Source: an uncultured Bacteroidales bacterium
GTDB lineage: Bacteria > Bacteroidota > Bacteroidia > Bacteroidales > FEN-979
NCBI GenBank assembly: GCA_903885595.1
Contig: CAISJJ010000019.1
Location: forward strand, 8,697-72,696
Direction: 5' to 3'
Length of the DNA: 64,000 bases
Shown here: piece by piece, positions 27,929 to 36,444 of the stretch
Layout: each line of letters opens with the position of its first letter
Position numbering within the stretch: position 1 is the first letter of the stretch
Notes under the pieces: model-generated
Databases searched by the model: none
Told to the model about the DNA's origin: nothing
The model's input: only the letters and a program-made list of their open reading frames with translations
Program-made: the position numbers and the translations under genes

Positions 27929-28528
27929 TCAGCAGCCGGCCGGGACCGGGGCAAAGCTGATGATCCGCTCATGCCGTATAAAATTAAAATCCAGGAAGTT
28001 CCCCCCGGTTGATGTAACATTTAAAATCCTAAAATCAATATTACCTGAGGATTCAGCGTTATTGCTGCTTTTTACATTGGCTGAAACAACCAGGATATAA
28101 TATCTGCCAGGCATTAAATTCAAAGTATAATTTCCTGTCGCATTTGCTGTGGTCTTGATAACCGTCGGTAATTTTTTGAATCCGCGAAGATATTTCAGGG
28201 CGAGATTTGATGCATTATCATAATTGTCCTGCGCTCGTTTAATTTTAGCTGGATCTATCACGGTATTTGCCGACAGGAAATGATCGAATTTGATGAATTG
28301 GAAATTTCCCATTACACTTGCCATGTTTTCATATTCAGTCGATCTGACATCGGCTTCATTAACAGCATATATTTCAGCTCCCGCATCGGCCTGCTTTGCT
28401 GATGCGTAAGCTTCCTGATATGTGATAACACCCGACAGTGTAGCCTTTTCGGCAGGCAGCTTTCCATTTTCTGTCGTAAACGACAGGGAGATCCCAAGGA
28501 TTAAAATACCGACAAGAATGTTTTTCAT
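27929..28528 (-). CDS. Secreted protein with carboxypeptidase-regulatory-like (CarboxypepD_reg) domain
   Basis: It has a signal peptide. The motif GNYTLNLMPGRYYILVVS is the typical G-x-Y-x-L-x-L-x-P-G-x-Y strand pair. Confidence 0.65.
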   Translation of the reverse strand: MKNILVGILILGISLSFTTENGKLPAEKATLSGVITYQEAYASAKQADAGAEIYAVNEADVRSTEYENMASVMGNFQFIKFDHFLSANTVIDPAKIKRAQDNYDNASNLALKYLRGFKKLPTVIKTTANATGNYTLNLMPGRYYILVVSANVKSSNNAESSGNIDFRILNVTSTGGNFLDFNFIRHERIISFAPVPAGC

Positions 28529-28554
28529 AACCTAATAATTTGAGATTGATTCAG

Positions 28555-28562
28555 CAAAAGTA
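28555..28562 (-). promoter_or_regulatory. -7 promoter box TACTTTTG
   Basis: The reverse complement of caaaagta is TACTTTTG. It lies 27 nt upstream of the ATG at 28528. Confidence 0.4.
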
Positions 28563-28649
28563 GTTTTTATTAAACTGGTGACTTGTTACTGAGTAGTTAT
28601 TGGTTTGTTAATGACTTGTTAACGCGGTTCAGACTCCATGGAAAAGGAC

Positions 28650-28657
28650 TAATTTTG
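28650..28657 (+). promoter_or_regulatory. -7 promoter box TAATTTTG
   Basis: It ends 9 nt before the ATG at 28667 and lies inside the TTG-extended version of the ORF (28583). This supports the shorter start. Confidence 0.4.
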
Positions 28658-28666
28658 CGGTCTCAC

Positions 28667-29920
28667 ATGAAACCGAACCGAACCTGGCTTTTCATTGTAA
28701 TTTCTTCGATCGCATTATTACTGGTGCTGATCATCCAGGTGAATTGGATCTTCGAGACAGCAAAAATAAAGGAAGCGCTGTTCAGTGAAAAGGCCAATAT
28801 GGTTCTTTCAAGGACCACCGAGGCGTTGCGTTCGGATAAGGAGACCTGCATTAAAATCGGCGCCTGTGCCGAAATGGAAGGCTCTTCCGGATCAGCCGTG
28901 AAATTAGGAGAGGATGAAGTTCATAAAATAGACTCGTTGTTTAATCATTATATGCGATTCTACAACTTCCATGTCGACTATACATTCGTTGTTACAAAAC
29001 CAGGATTCGCTGCAGGTGAAAACGAAAGCGGATCTGCGAATTACATCTATAATAAACCCCTGAATGATGCAGCCAGCAACCCCGGAATAGAATTGAAGCT
29101 CATCTTCCCGGAGAAAAAACAATTCATCATGGCAGAGATGGGAACAATGTTCCTCACTTCTGTTGTCCTGATACTTGTAGTGCTTGTTTTGTTCTGGCGG
29201 ACCATCCTGTCGCTCATGAAGCAAAAAAAAATATCGGAGCACACCACCGACTTTCTAAACAACATGACCCATGAATTTAAGACACCTCTCACAAACATTG
29301 CACTTGCAGGGAGGATGATCATGAAAGATTCAACGATTCAGCAGGAGGATAAAATCAAACATTACTCAGGAATTATCCTTGAAGAGAATGAGAAACTTCA
29401 GCTCCAGGTCGGGCAGGTGTTGAGCATGACCGCGTTTGAAAGAGGTGAGATTCCACTTCTGAAAACGGAACTGAATTTTCACGCCCTGATCCATGAAGCT
29501 TTAAAAGGGATCAGTGTGCAAATAGAAAATATACAGGGGAATATCAGGTTGAACCTGGAGGCCGATAGGTTCATGGTGATGGGCGACAAAACACACCTTA
29601 CAAATGCAATGTGCAACCTGGTTGACAATGCTGTCAAGTATTCGGGGGGAAAACCTGAAATATCCATTCAAACATGCAATTCCGGTCAATATTTAGTGGT
29701 TGCAATTTCCGATGGAGGCATTGGAATCGAAAAGGAATATCATAAGAAAGTGTTTGATACGTTTTTCAGGGTTCCAACCGGGGATGTACATGATGTGAAA
29801 GGATTTGGTCTGGGCCTGGCTTATGTAAAAAAAATCATAGAAATGCATGGAGGTTCCATAGAATTGCAGAGTCAAAAAGGGAAAGGTACCACATTCAAGG
29901 TCATACTCTCCTATGTCTGA
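28667..29920 (+). CDS. Sensor histidine kinase
   Basis: It has two TM helices flanking a periplasmic segment, and an H-box (MTHEFKTPLTNI). The HATPase N and G boxes are NLVDNAVKYS, DGGIGI and GFGLGLAYV. I take the start at the internal ATG at 28667 (MKPNRTWLFIV...). Confidence 0.9.
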   Translation: MKPNRTWLFIVISSIALLLVLIIQVNWIFETAKIKEALFSEKANMVLSRTTEALRSDKETCIKIGACAEMEGSSGSAVKLGEDEVHKIDSLFNHYMRFYNFHVDYTFVVTKPGFAAGENESGSANYIYNKPLNDAASNPGIELKLIFPEKKQFIMAEMGTMFLTSVVLILVVLVLFWRTILSLMKQKKISEHTTDFLNNMTHEFKTPLTNIALAGRMIMKDSTIQQEDKIKHYSGIILEENEKLQLQVGQVLSMTAFERGEIPLLKTELNFHALIHEALKGISVQIENIQGNIRLNLEADRFMVMGDKTHLTNAMCNLVDNAVKYSGGKPEISIQTCNSGQYLVVAISDGGIGIEKEYHKKVFDTFFRVPTGDVHDVKGFGLGLAYVKKIIEMHGGSIELQSQKGKGTTFKVILSYV

Positions 29921-30626
29921 AAAAAAAATCAACATATTGCTTGCGGAGGATGATCTGAACCTGGGCATCCTCCTGGTTGATTACCTGGAGGATGAGGGAT
30001 TTGAAGTAAAGCTATGCAAAGACGGGGAGATGGCGTTAAAAGCATTCCAGGGCGGTCGGTTTGACCTGTGCCTGCTGGATGTGATGATGCCGAAGCTGGA
30101 TGGATTCACTCTGGCAAAAGCGATCAGGTTGACGAATAAAAGCATACCGATCATTTTTATCACTGCCAAGTCTTTAAAAGAGGATAAATTAAAGGGGTAT
30201 GGGCTCGGCGCCGACGATTATATCACGAAACCATTTGATGAAGAGGAATTGCTCTGGAAGATCAAGGCTGTAATTCGCAGGATCGCTGGAAATAACAGTG
30301 ACGACAAGCCCGGAATCATTGCAATCGGTAAATACACCTTTGACCTTCACAATCAATCCCTGTCAATAGGCGGTAAAACAAAACGGATTACCGAAAAGGA
30401 GAGTGATATTTTATACTATTTATCGGCCCGCCGGAATAAAGTAATAAAGCGTGAAGAACTGCTGAGGGAGCTCTGGGGAGAGAACGATTATTTTCTCGGC
30501 AGGAGCCTCGATGTATTTATCACCAAAATACGCAAGTACCTGAAGGAAGACCAGGATATATCCATTGAGAATGTATTCGGGGTCGGATTTGTTTTCAATG
30601 TTCCCGGAAATGAAGATGACGTGTAA
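29913..30626 (+). CDS. OmpR/PhoB-family response regulator
   Basis: The receiver domain reads ILLAEDD...LCLLDVMMPKLDG...ITAKS. It has a winged-helix output domain (LTEKESDILYYL...VFITKIRKYL...ENVFGVGFVF). It overlaps the kinase gene by 8 nt. Confidence 0.92.
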   Translation: MSEKKINILLAEDDLNLGILLVDYLEDEGFEVKLCKDGEMALKAFQGGRFDLCLLDVMMPKLDGFTLAKAIRLTNKSIPIIFITAKSLKEDKLKGYGLGADDYITKPFDEEELLWKIKAVIRRIAGNNSDDKPGIIAIGKYTFDLHNQSLSIGGKTKRITEKESDILYYLSARRNKVIKREELLRELWGENDYFLGRSLDVFITKIRKYLKEDQDISIENVFGVGFVFNVPGNEDDV

Positions 30627-30705
30627 ATCGGGACGCGGAACGAAAAACGTGACGTACGTGACGAAGGAACGTGACGGAAAACGTAACAAAGGTCAGGACA
30701 CAGGA
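30617..30705. repeat. Degenerate purine-rich word repeat (aacgtgacg-type units)
   Basis: The sequence is gacgtgtaaatcgggacgcggaacgaaaaacgtgacgtacgtgacgaaggaacgtgacggaaaacgtaacaaaggtcaggacacaggaca. The word acgtgacg occurs three times, with related words alongside. It begins in the last codons of the response-regulator gene. Confidence 0.5.
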
Positions 30706-30850
30706 CATTCATTGCAATACTTGGATTATCAATTAAAGCTTACGGTCAAAGACAACAAATTCCCATCCTGCTTCGATGGGAGGCTTGTATCCATTGGCTT
30801 TTGAAACAAACAGTCCTGTTTACAGGATAATAAAATCCGCCATTAATCCT

Positions 30851-31060
30851 TTATACACCTGACCGAGCTTTTCCAACTTTATCTTCCATTGCAGAACCAT
30901 CATAATTATAACCATTGGCTATCAGATAATTTTCTAGAGTTGTCCATTCCGATTCGGCAGGAACATGCCAGCCAACCGGTGCGATTCTTCAGCTGTCGGC
31001 GACTGCATACCAGGTATAAAACCGGCCATAGGTTGCAATAAGACTCTCATCATTATTCAC
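30851..31060 (-). pseudogene. Remnant of a Fibrobacter-succinogenes-major-paralogous (TIGR02145/FISH) domain gene
   Basis: Reverse-complement translation gives VNNDESLIATYGRFYTWYAVADS*RIAPVGWHVPAESEWTTLENYLIANGYNYDGSAMEDKVGKARSGV*. It carries the family signature YGRLYNWYAV...APxGWHVPsxxEW, interrupted by an in-frame TGA. There is no signal peptide or N-terminal part, because a stop lies two codons upstream. Confidence 0.5.
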
Positions 31061-31224
31061 TGATCATTTTACTGAGCGAACATTATATATCCTTATCGTC
31101 TGATTTGAATATTGTAAATGTATGAACCCTGTCAAATTAATTAATTAGCGGAAATCCCGGTGTTAAGGGAATTATTATTTTGTATTTTTGTTAAGATAGG
31201 ACTCAAACCATTTAATTAAAAAAC

Positions 31225-31232
31225 AAGGAGGT
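31225..31232 (+). promoter_or_regulatory. Strong Shine-Dalgarno sequence AAGGAGGT
   Basis: It ends 5 nt before the ATG at 31238. This is unusual here, because most starts in the window lack any SD. Confidence 0.6.
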
Positions 31233-31237
31233 AAATT

Positions 31238-31714
31238 ATGCATTCAAAATTTTTCACAAAAGGGATCATCCTGTCACTTATTTTTTCATTTTTTGCATTT
31301 GTCGCCGTCAGGGTGCAGGGCCAGGTTGATGCTGCTGAACTGAAGAAACTGCAGGGCACCTGGAAGTTGGTTTCGGCAGAGATGGATGGTAAAAAAGTGA
31401 AGGATGACCAGTTAAAACAGGCTATGATCGCCTATTCGGGAGATAAGGTGATCCTTTTCACACCGCACCAGCACAAAGACACCATCTATGCAAGGATCAC
31501 AAAGCTTGACCCCTCAAAGGAGCCTGGCAATATGTATTGGGTTCGTTCGGACGGTCCAAATGCAGGAAAAACCATGATCTCAATCTACAAGTTTGACGGA
31601 CCAGATCAATGCCATGTTTGCTTTGACCCTGCCATGACAACTATACCAAATAAATTCGGCGCCGACCCTGGATCCGGGTATATCTGGCACACCTGGAAGC
31701 GGGTGAAGAATTAA
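31238..31714 (+). CDS. Secreted TIGR03067-family protein (family best known from Planctomycetota)
   Basis: It has a signal peptide. The sequence LQGTWKLVSAEMDGKKV...GDKVILF...LDPSKEPGNM...ISIYKFDGPDQCHVCF...IPNKFG follows the TIGR03067 pattern (lqGtWklvsae.dGkk...ld.sk.Pk.id...giYkl.gD.L.lc...rP..F), from memory. Confidence 0.8.
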   Translation: MHSKFFTKGIILSLIFSFFAFVAVRVQGQVDAAELKKLQGTWKLVSAEMDGKKVKDDQLKQAMIAYSGDKVILFTPHQHKDTIYARITKLDPSKEPGNMYWVRSDGPNAGKTMISIYKFDGPDQCHVCFDPAMTTIPNKFGADPGSGYIWHTWKRVKN

Positions 31715-31905
31715 CCGTCGGAGTTAAAAACCGGGCCGGCGTGCACCATTCAGCCTATGCCGGAATATGCCAGCCTGATGGGCTTATTCCCTGAACTTCC
31801 ATTCATGGTAAGGTGTAGCTCCGGTTGTCATATACCGTCTTTCCCTGGGCTTAAAACAGTTGCAGCTCCCTAATTTTATTATCCCTGGGGATCGATCGGG
31901 CACTC

Positions 31906-31956
31906 TTTTTTCAAAATGTTTGCGATTAATTTTTTTCAAAATATTTGCGCATTAAA
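31906..31956 (+). repeat. Tandem direct repeat (2 x ~25 nt)
   Basis: ttttttcaaaatgtttgcgattaa (31906-31929) is followed by tttttttcaaaatatttgcgcattaaa (31930-31956). Each unit contains a TTTG. Confidence 0.6.
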
Positions 31957-31964
31957 TTTTTTTT

Positions 31965-31972
31965 TAATTTTG
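31965..31972 (+). promoter_or_regulatory. -7 promoter box TAATTTTG with upstream TTTG
   Basis: It matches TAnnTTTG. A TTTG at 31944-31947 lies 17 nt upstream, as a possible -33 element. It is about 108 nt before the ATG at 32081. Confidence 0.35.
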
Positions 31973-32080
31973 GTTATAGGTCTATCCGCAAAAATGTTTA
32001 AGATTTCCGATATTTTCTCACCCATGTCATAATATCATCTTTTAAATAAAAAATCTATACCTTTTTAAAAACTAAATTTT

Positions 32081-33376
32081 ATGAAAATGAAAAATCGATT
32101 TTTTACGATCGCATTGGTCTTTTCTGCAATGACGGTTTTTGCACAGACCACAGGCGTTAATGATCCCAAATCTGGCAAGACAGGGATTGTTATTACTTCG
32201 CTCTCAGCGACTAACGATGAAGTCAAAGCTATGGCAATTCAAAAGGATGGGAAAATTGTTGTAGCAGGATGTTCAAACACCGATTTTGCCATAGTCAGAT
32301 ATAAACAAGATGGCGCACTGGATGAAGGCTTTGGGAAAGGGGGCATCGTAACGACTTCTCTCAGAGGCGGTGATGATTGCACTACGGCCATTGCTATTCA
32401 GGATGACGGGAAAATTTTAGCAGCAGGCACCTCATACAACGGGACAAGTAAAGACTTTGCCTTACTCAGATATAATACAAACGGCAAACTGGATTCCTCC
32501 TTCGGGAAAGAAGGCATGGTAATTAATTCAATTCAGACCGGCGATGATAATGCTTCGGGTATTGCCATACAGAAAGATGGAAAGATCGTAATTGCAGGGA
32601 GTTCAAATAATGGAGCCAGTAACGATTTCGCCTTAACCAGATACGATGCAAATGGCAAATTGGATAACTCTTTCGGAAAAAACGGCATTTTAGTAACCTC
32701 ACTCCAAACCGGGAATGATGATCTCGCAGGATTTATCCTCGAGCCAGACGGGAAGATGCTGGTCTCAGGAAGTTCAAATAATGGGAAAAGCAATGATTTT
32801 GCATTAATCAGGTACAGCGCAAATGGAACATTGGATCCTGCTTTTGGGAAAGGGGGTATCGTATTGACTTCTCTCGGAAACGGCAATGATGATGGTTCGG
32901 GCTTTGCCTTGCAGAAAGATGGTAAGATTTTAGTTGCAGGAAGTTCAGATAACGGGACGAGTAAAGATTTTGCAATAGTCAGATACAATGCAAATGGCAC
33001 GCTGGATGCTTCATTTGGAAAAAACGGCATTGTCCTCAATTCTGTCCAGGCCGGTGATGACAAAGCTACAGGTTTGACCATACTGAAAGATGGCAAGATC
33101 CTGGTTTTGGGAACTTCAAATAATGGAAAAAGTAATGATCTGGCTTTAGCCAGATACGATGCAAATGGCAAATTGGATGCTGCTTTTGGGAAAGGCGGTA
33201 TCGTTGTTACATCACTGGGCGCCGGCGATGATACATCAGCCGATTTTGCCATCCAGAAAGACGAAAAGATCATTGTTTGCGGAACTACATTTAACGGATC
33301 AACTACCGATTTTGCCTTGATCAGGTACAATGCAAATGGCTCGCTGGATCCTACCTTTGTTGCAGGCAAAAAGTGA
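32081..33376 (+). CDS. Secreted delta-60 repeat protein (TIGR02608-type)
   Basis: It has seven ~55-60-aa units, each ending in (V/L/I)RY(N/D/S/K)xNG(K/T/S/A)LDxxFGKxGI(V/L), with DGKI(V/L)(V/I)AG in between. Confidence 0.85.
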   Translation: MKMKNRFFTIALVFSAMTVFAQTTGVNDPKSGKTGIVITSLSATNDEVKAMAIQKDGKIVVAGCSNTDFAIVRYKQDGALDEGFGKGGIVTTSLRGGDDCTTAIAIQDDGKILAAGTSYNGTSKDFALLRYNTNGKLDSSFGKEGMVINSIQTGDDNASGIAIQKDGKIVIAGSSNNGASNDFALTRYDANGKLDNSFGKNGILVTSLQTGNDDLAGFILEPDGKMLVSGSSNNGKSNDFALIRYSANGTLDPAFGKGGIVLTSLGNGNDDGSGFALQKDGKILVAGSSDNGTSKDFAIVRYNANGTLDASFGKNGIVLNSVQAGDDKATGLTILKDGKILVLGTSNNGKSNDLALARYDANGKLDAAFGKGGIVVTSLGAGDDTSADFAIQKDEKIIVCGTTFNGSTTDFALIRYNANGSLDPTFVAGKK

Positions 33377-33444
33377 TTGCTTACTGGGCGCTGATTTTGG
33401 GTGTTGTAAAATTTGCAAAGATCAAATAAGCAAATAGGTGGAAG

Positions 33445-33461
33445 TGCCGGTGTTCCCGGCA
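33445..33461 (+). terminator. Weak hairpin downstream of the delta-60 gene
   Basis: The stem is tgccgg / ccggca (6 bp) with loop tgttc, followed by tttccatttcc. It has a short stem and a poor T-tract. Confidence 0.25.
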
Positions 33462-33550
33462 TTTCCATTTCCAGGTGGACCGGATTTCAGCCCCGGTTTT
33501 GTTTGAGCGGACAGGACGGTGAATCTGGAATTATAAAATAATGAATACAG

Positions 33551-34327
33551 ATGAGATCATTGCCTCAGATACTAATTCTGGTTCTCCTTCTACAATTGAC
33601 AATCAAGGCGCAAACTGACAGCACCGAATGCATCGTTCCCGACAGACCAGGAGTGGCAACCTCCCCGGAAATATTATCAAAAAGGACATTTCAGATTGAA
33701 TGCGGACTTCAGTATGAAAAAATTTCGGACCGCTTTGTTACGATAGAAAAATTTCTGTTTTCATCATTGCTTTTAAGATATGGGGTTGCGAAGGACTTTG
33801 AAGTAAGAATTCAGACCGATTATGCTTTAAATAATGAGATTGACAGCACGGGTATATCAACCAGTCATGGGATGATGCCATTGACCATCGGAACCAAAAT
33901 CAGTCTGATCAAGAATCGTAAAATAATTCCCAGCATCTCCCTTTTGTTTAATCTTACTTTGCCCTATGTTGGCCATAAAGATCTCAGGCCAGATGATTTT
34001 GCCCCCTCATTTCTGATTTTACTATCCAATCCGATATCGGAGAAACTGACGCTGTGTTATAATTACGGAATGGCATGGGACGGCCTTACTCCCGAGCCAA
34101 CTCAGTTATACGCTATTTCACTGGGAATTAACCTGAATAAAAGGTGGAATGCCTTCATCGAAAACTTTGGTTTCTTCCACAAAGAAGAGGCACCCAAATA
34201 TTATGTGGATGGAGGATTTACCTACCTGATAAACCATCACCTACAGTTGGATTTATCTGCAGCCGGATATTTGAGCTCATTTCTGGCATATTATGCGTTG
34301 TATGCCGGATTTGCATGGAGAATATAG
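33551..34327 (+). CDS. Outer-membrane beta-barrel 'transporter' of the MetA-pathway (Phenol_MetA_deg, PF13557)-like family
   Basis: It has a signal peptide (LQLTIKAQ). The N-terminal DRPG...S.E...FQIECG motif matches the family's TDRPdqTes...lQiEtG pattern (from memory). The C-terminus is aromatic-rich (YALYAGFAWRI). Confidence 0.7.
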   Translation: MRSLPQILILVLLLQLTIKAQTDSTECIVPDRPGVATSPEILSKRTFQIECGLQYEKISDRFVTIEKFLFSSLLLRYGVAKDFEVRIQTDYALNNEIDSTGISTSHGMMPLTIGTKISLIKNRKIIPSISLLFNLTLPYVGHKDLRPDDFAPSFLILLSNPISEKLTLCYNYGMAWDGLTPEPTQLYAISLGINLNKRWNAFIENFGFFHKEEAPKYYVDGGFTYLINHHLQLDLSAAGYLSSFLAYYALYAGFAWRI

Positions 34328-34841
34328 ATAACGCTTGGTGGTACCAAATATGGTTAAAAGGGAAAAAAGTAATTGTTTCCTGCAGTCTTTTTTGAGATCC
34401 CTTGTAATCCCGGGCCTGATCACATTTCAGCCAGCCAGTTTATCCTTGTTCGTGGCAGCGTGCTGAACGGCTCCCTGTGCTCAATGAATCGCTGAATCAG
34501 GAGCATTATCAGCACAGGCAATACTCAGCCAGTGCATGTTCATGAATCTTCCCGAGTCGGATGTGCAATTCTTCAAAACAGTTTTCACATTGTCGAACTA
34601 ACCGGATCGTTGTATCAATAGATAAAGAGGAAGGAGGAGAATAACTATTATTATCTTTTTCATTTTCTGAATTTAGCTAGAATGATACCCAATGGTTACC
34701 TGAGTCCTCCAAATCCTGGAGGATTTGACCAGCCCATCCTGTTTTATCCGTTTCATAAGCATAGATGACTGAAATTCTCAAGATTAAGAAGAACCATATT
34801 ACCTTTTAACTTTACCTTTGGATTAACTTTTTTCAGGCACC

Positions 34842-36083
34842 ATGAATGACACTTTTTCAGCGAATCTCCTGTTCTCCATGATGGCCAAGCCCATCGGTTC
34901 TGCATGCAACCTGAATTGCACCTATTGTTATTATCTTGAAAAGGAACGACTGTTTCGCCGCGATTTGCAGCAACATACAATGAGCGAAAAACTCCTTGAA
35001 ACCTATATTGCCCAGACCATTTATTCCTCACCCAACCCGGTTGTTCTCTTTGCCTGGCATGGCGGTGAACCGATCATGCGTGGGTTGGATTTCTTTGGGA
35101 AGGTCATTCAGCTGCAAAAAAAACATGGCGCAGGCAGGGTAATTGAGAATTCGTTGCAAACCAACGGAACCATGTTGACTGATGAGTGGTGCTGCTTTTT
35201 CACCGACCATCATTTCCTGATCGGACTTTCGGTCGACGGACCAGCGCATTGTCACGATCGATACCGGGTATACAAGAACGGTCGGGGCAGTTTTGCACAA
35301 TGCATGAAGGGCTTGGAATTACTGGTAAAACACAAGACCGAATTCAATACACTTTCGGTTGTGAATGATTATAACTCAAAATACCCTGATGAAATTTACC
35401 GTTTCCTGAAAAGCATTGGCAGCAGATATATGCAGTTTCTCCCGGTTGTGCAATGGATCGATCCGGCAGCGAAACCGGATGAGCCCAGGATATTGCCGGC
35501 GAATACAAGGAAAAATGCTGAAGTGACCGACTGGACTGTTAACCCGGTTGATTACGGAAATTTCCTGATCCGGATATTTGACGAATGGGTTCGTAATGAT
35601 GTAGGCATCTGTTTTGTAAGTACCTTCGATTGTGTACTTGAAAATTGGATGCGTGTACCTCCCTCAGTATGTGTTTCTGCCGAAACCTGCGGCCATGCGG
35701 GTGTTATGGAATATAACGGGGATGTATTCGCCTGCGATCATTTTGTTTTCCCTGAATATAAACTCGGCAACATCAATGAAAAATCGTTGCTGACCCTGAT
35801 GAATTCTCCATTTCAGCATCAGTTCGGGCGGAACAAGCGTGACATGCTGCCTGCTGTCTGCAGGAAATGCGAATTCCTTGACCTCTGCAACGGGGAATGT
35901 CCAAAAAACCGCATCGTAAATACACCCGAAGGAGAACCTGGATTAAACTACCTATGTCCCGGGTTCAAAATGTTTTATAAACACGCAGAACCCTACTTTG
36001 ATTTCATGGCCACTGAATTGCAGCATAAACGACTACCTGCAAATGTCATGAAATGGGCTTTAAACTGCCAAATGGGAACCTGA
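34842..36083 (+). CDS. Anaerobic sulfatase-maturating enzyme (radical SAM / SPASM)
   Basis: It has KPIGSACNLNCTYCYYLEK (CxxxCxxC) and then WHGGEP...QTNGTLLTDEW...SVDGP. The SPASM motif is CRKCEFLDLCNGECPKNR (C-x2-C-x5-C-x3-C). It appears colinear with the Bacteroides anSME ChuR as far as I remember that sequence. Confidence 0.92.
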   Translation: MNDTFSANLLFSMMAKPIGSACNLNCTYCYYLEKERLFRRDLQQHTMSEKLLETYIAQTIYSSPNPVVLFAWHGGEPIMRGLDFFGKVIQLQKKHGAGRVIENSLQTNGTMLTDEWCCFFTDHHFLIGLSVDGPAHCHDRYRVYKNGRGSFAQCMKGLELLVKHKTEFNTLSVVNDYNSKYPDEIYRFLKSIGSRYMQFLPVVQWIDPAAKPDEPRILPANTRKNAEVTDWTVNPVDYGNFLIRIFDEWVRNDVGICFVSTFDCVLENWMRVPPSVCVSAETCGHAGVMEYNGDVFACDHFVFPEYKLGNINEKSLLTLMNSPFQHQFGRNKRDMLPAVCRKCEFLDLCNGECPKNRIVNTPEGEPGLNYLCPGFKMFYKHAEPYFDFMATELQHKRLPANVMKWALNCQMGT

Positions 36084-36388
36084 GATGCAGGTTTAAATGC
36101 CAGCCGTTTTTTTACTTTGTCATTTGATTGAGCAAAACTATGCGACAACTTACCACAACCGCATTCACTAAACCCGGGAAACAGAGTGATTTGTTCATCT
36201 GGCAGCCTTGCTTGTTGCTTAATGACTAGTGCGCTGTAGGTACGCAATGCTCCCGAACCTCATCGTTCTACCCATATTTCGCTCCCGGGGAACGTATGGA
36301 AGAAAGTTTCTGCTCCAAATATTAACTTCACTGGTATAAAAGTGCTCAATCAATTAAAAAAATCATATATTTGAAAAAGAATTCATAA

Positions 36389-36412
36389 AAGACACAAATA
36401 TATTTGTGTCTT
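36389..36412. promoter_or_regulatory. Perfect 24-bp palindrome (12 + 12, no spacer)
   Basis: The sequence aagacacaaata|tatttgtgtctt lies 33 nt upstream of the ATG at 36445 and about 300 nt after the anSME stop. Confidence 0.45.
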
Positions 36413-36444
36413 AACTAAAATATCATAGAACTTACTACAGGGAT

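Noticed and set aside
32533-33468. 311-aa minus-strand ORF
   Set aside because: It is antisense to the delta-60 repeat gene. Its length is a by-product of the periodic repeat structure of the sense strand, and its product is a P/S/F-rich repeat with no start context.
36140-36229. A 29-codon ORF (MRQLTTTAFTKPGKQSDLFIWQPCLLLND) downstream of the rSAM/SPASM gene, as a possible RiPP precursor
   Set aside because: The enzyme is a canonical sulfatase maturase rather than a peptide-modifying SPASM enzyme. The ORF has no -7 box or SD and no repeat or Cys-rich core. It lies 57 nt after the stop in a region that looks non-coding.
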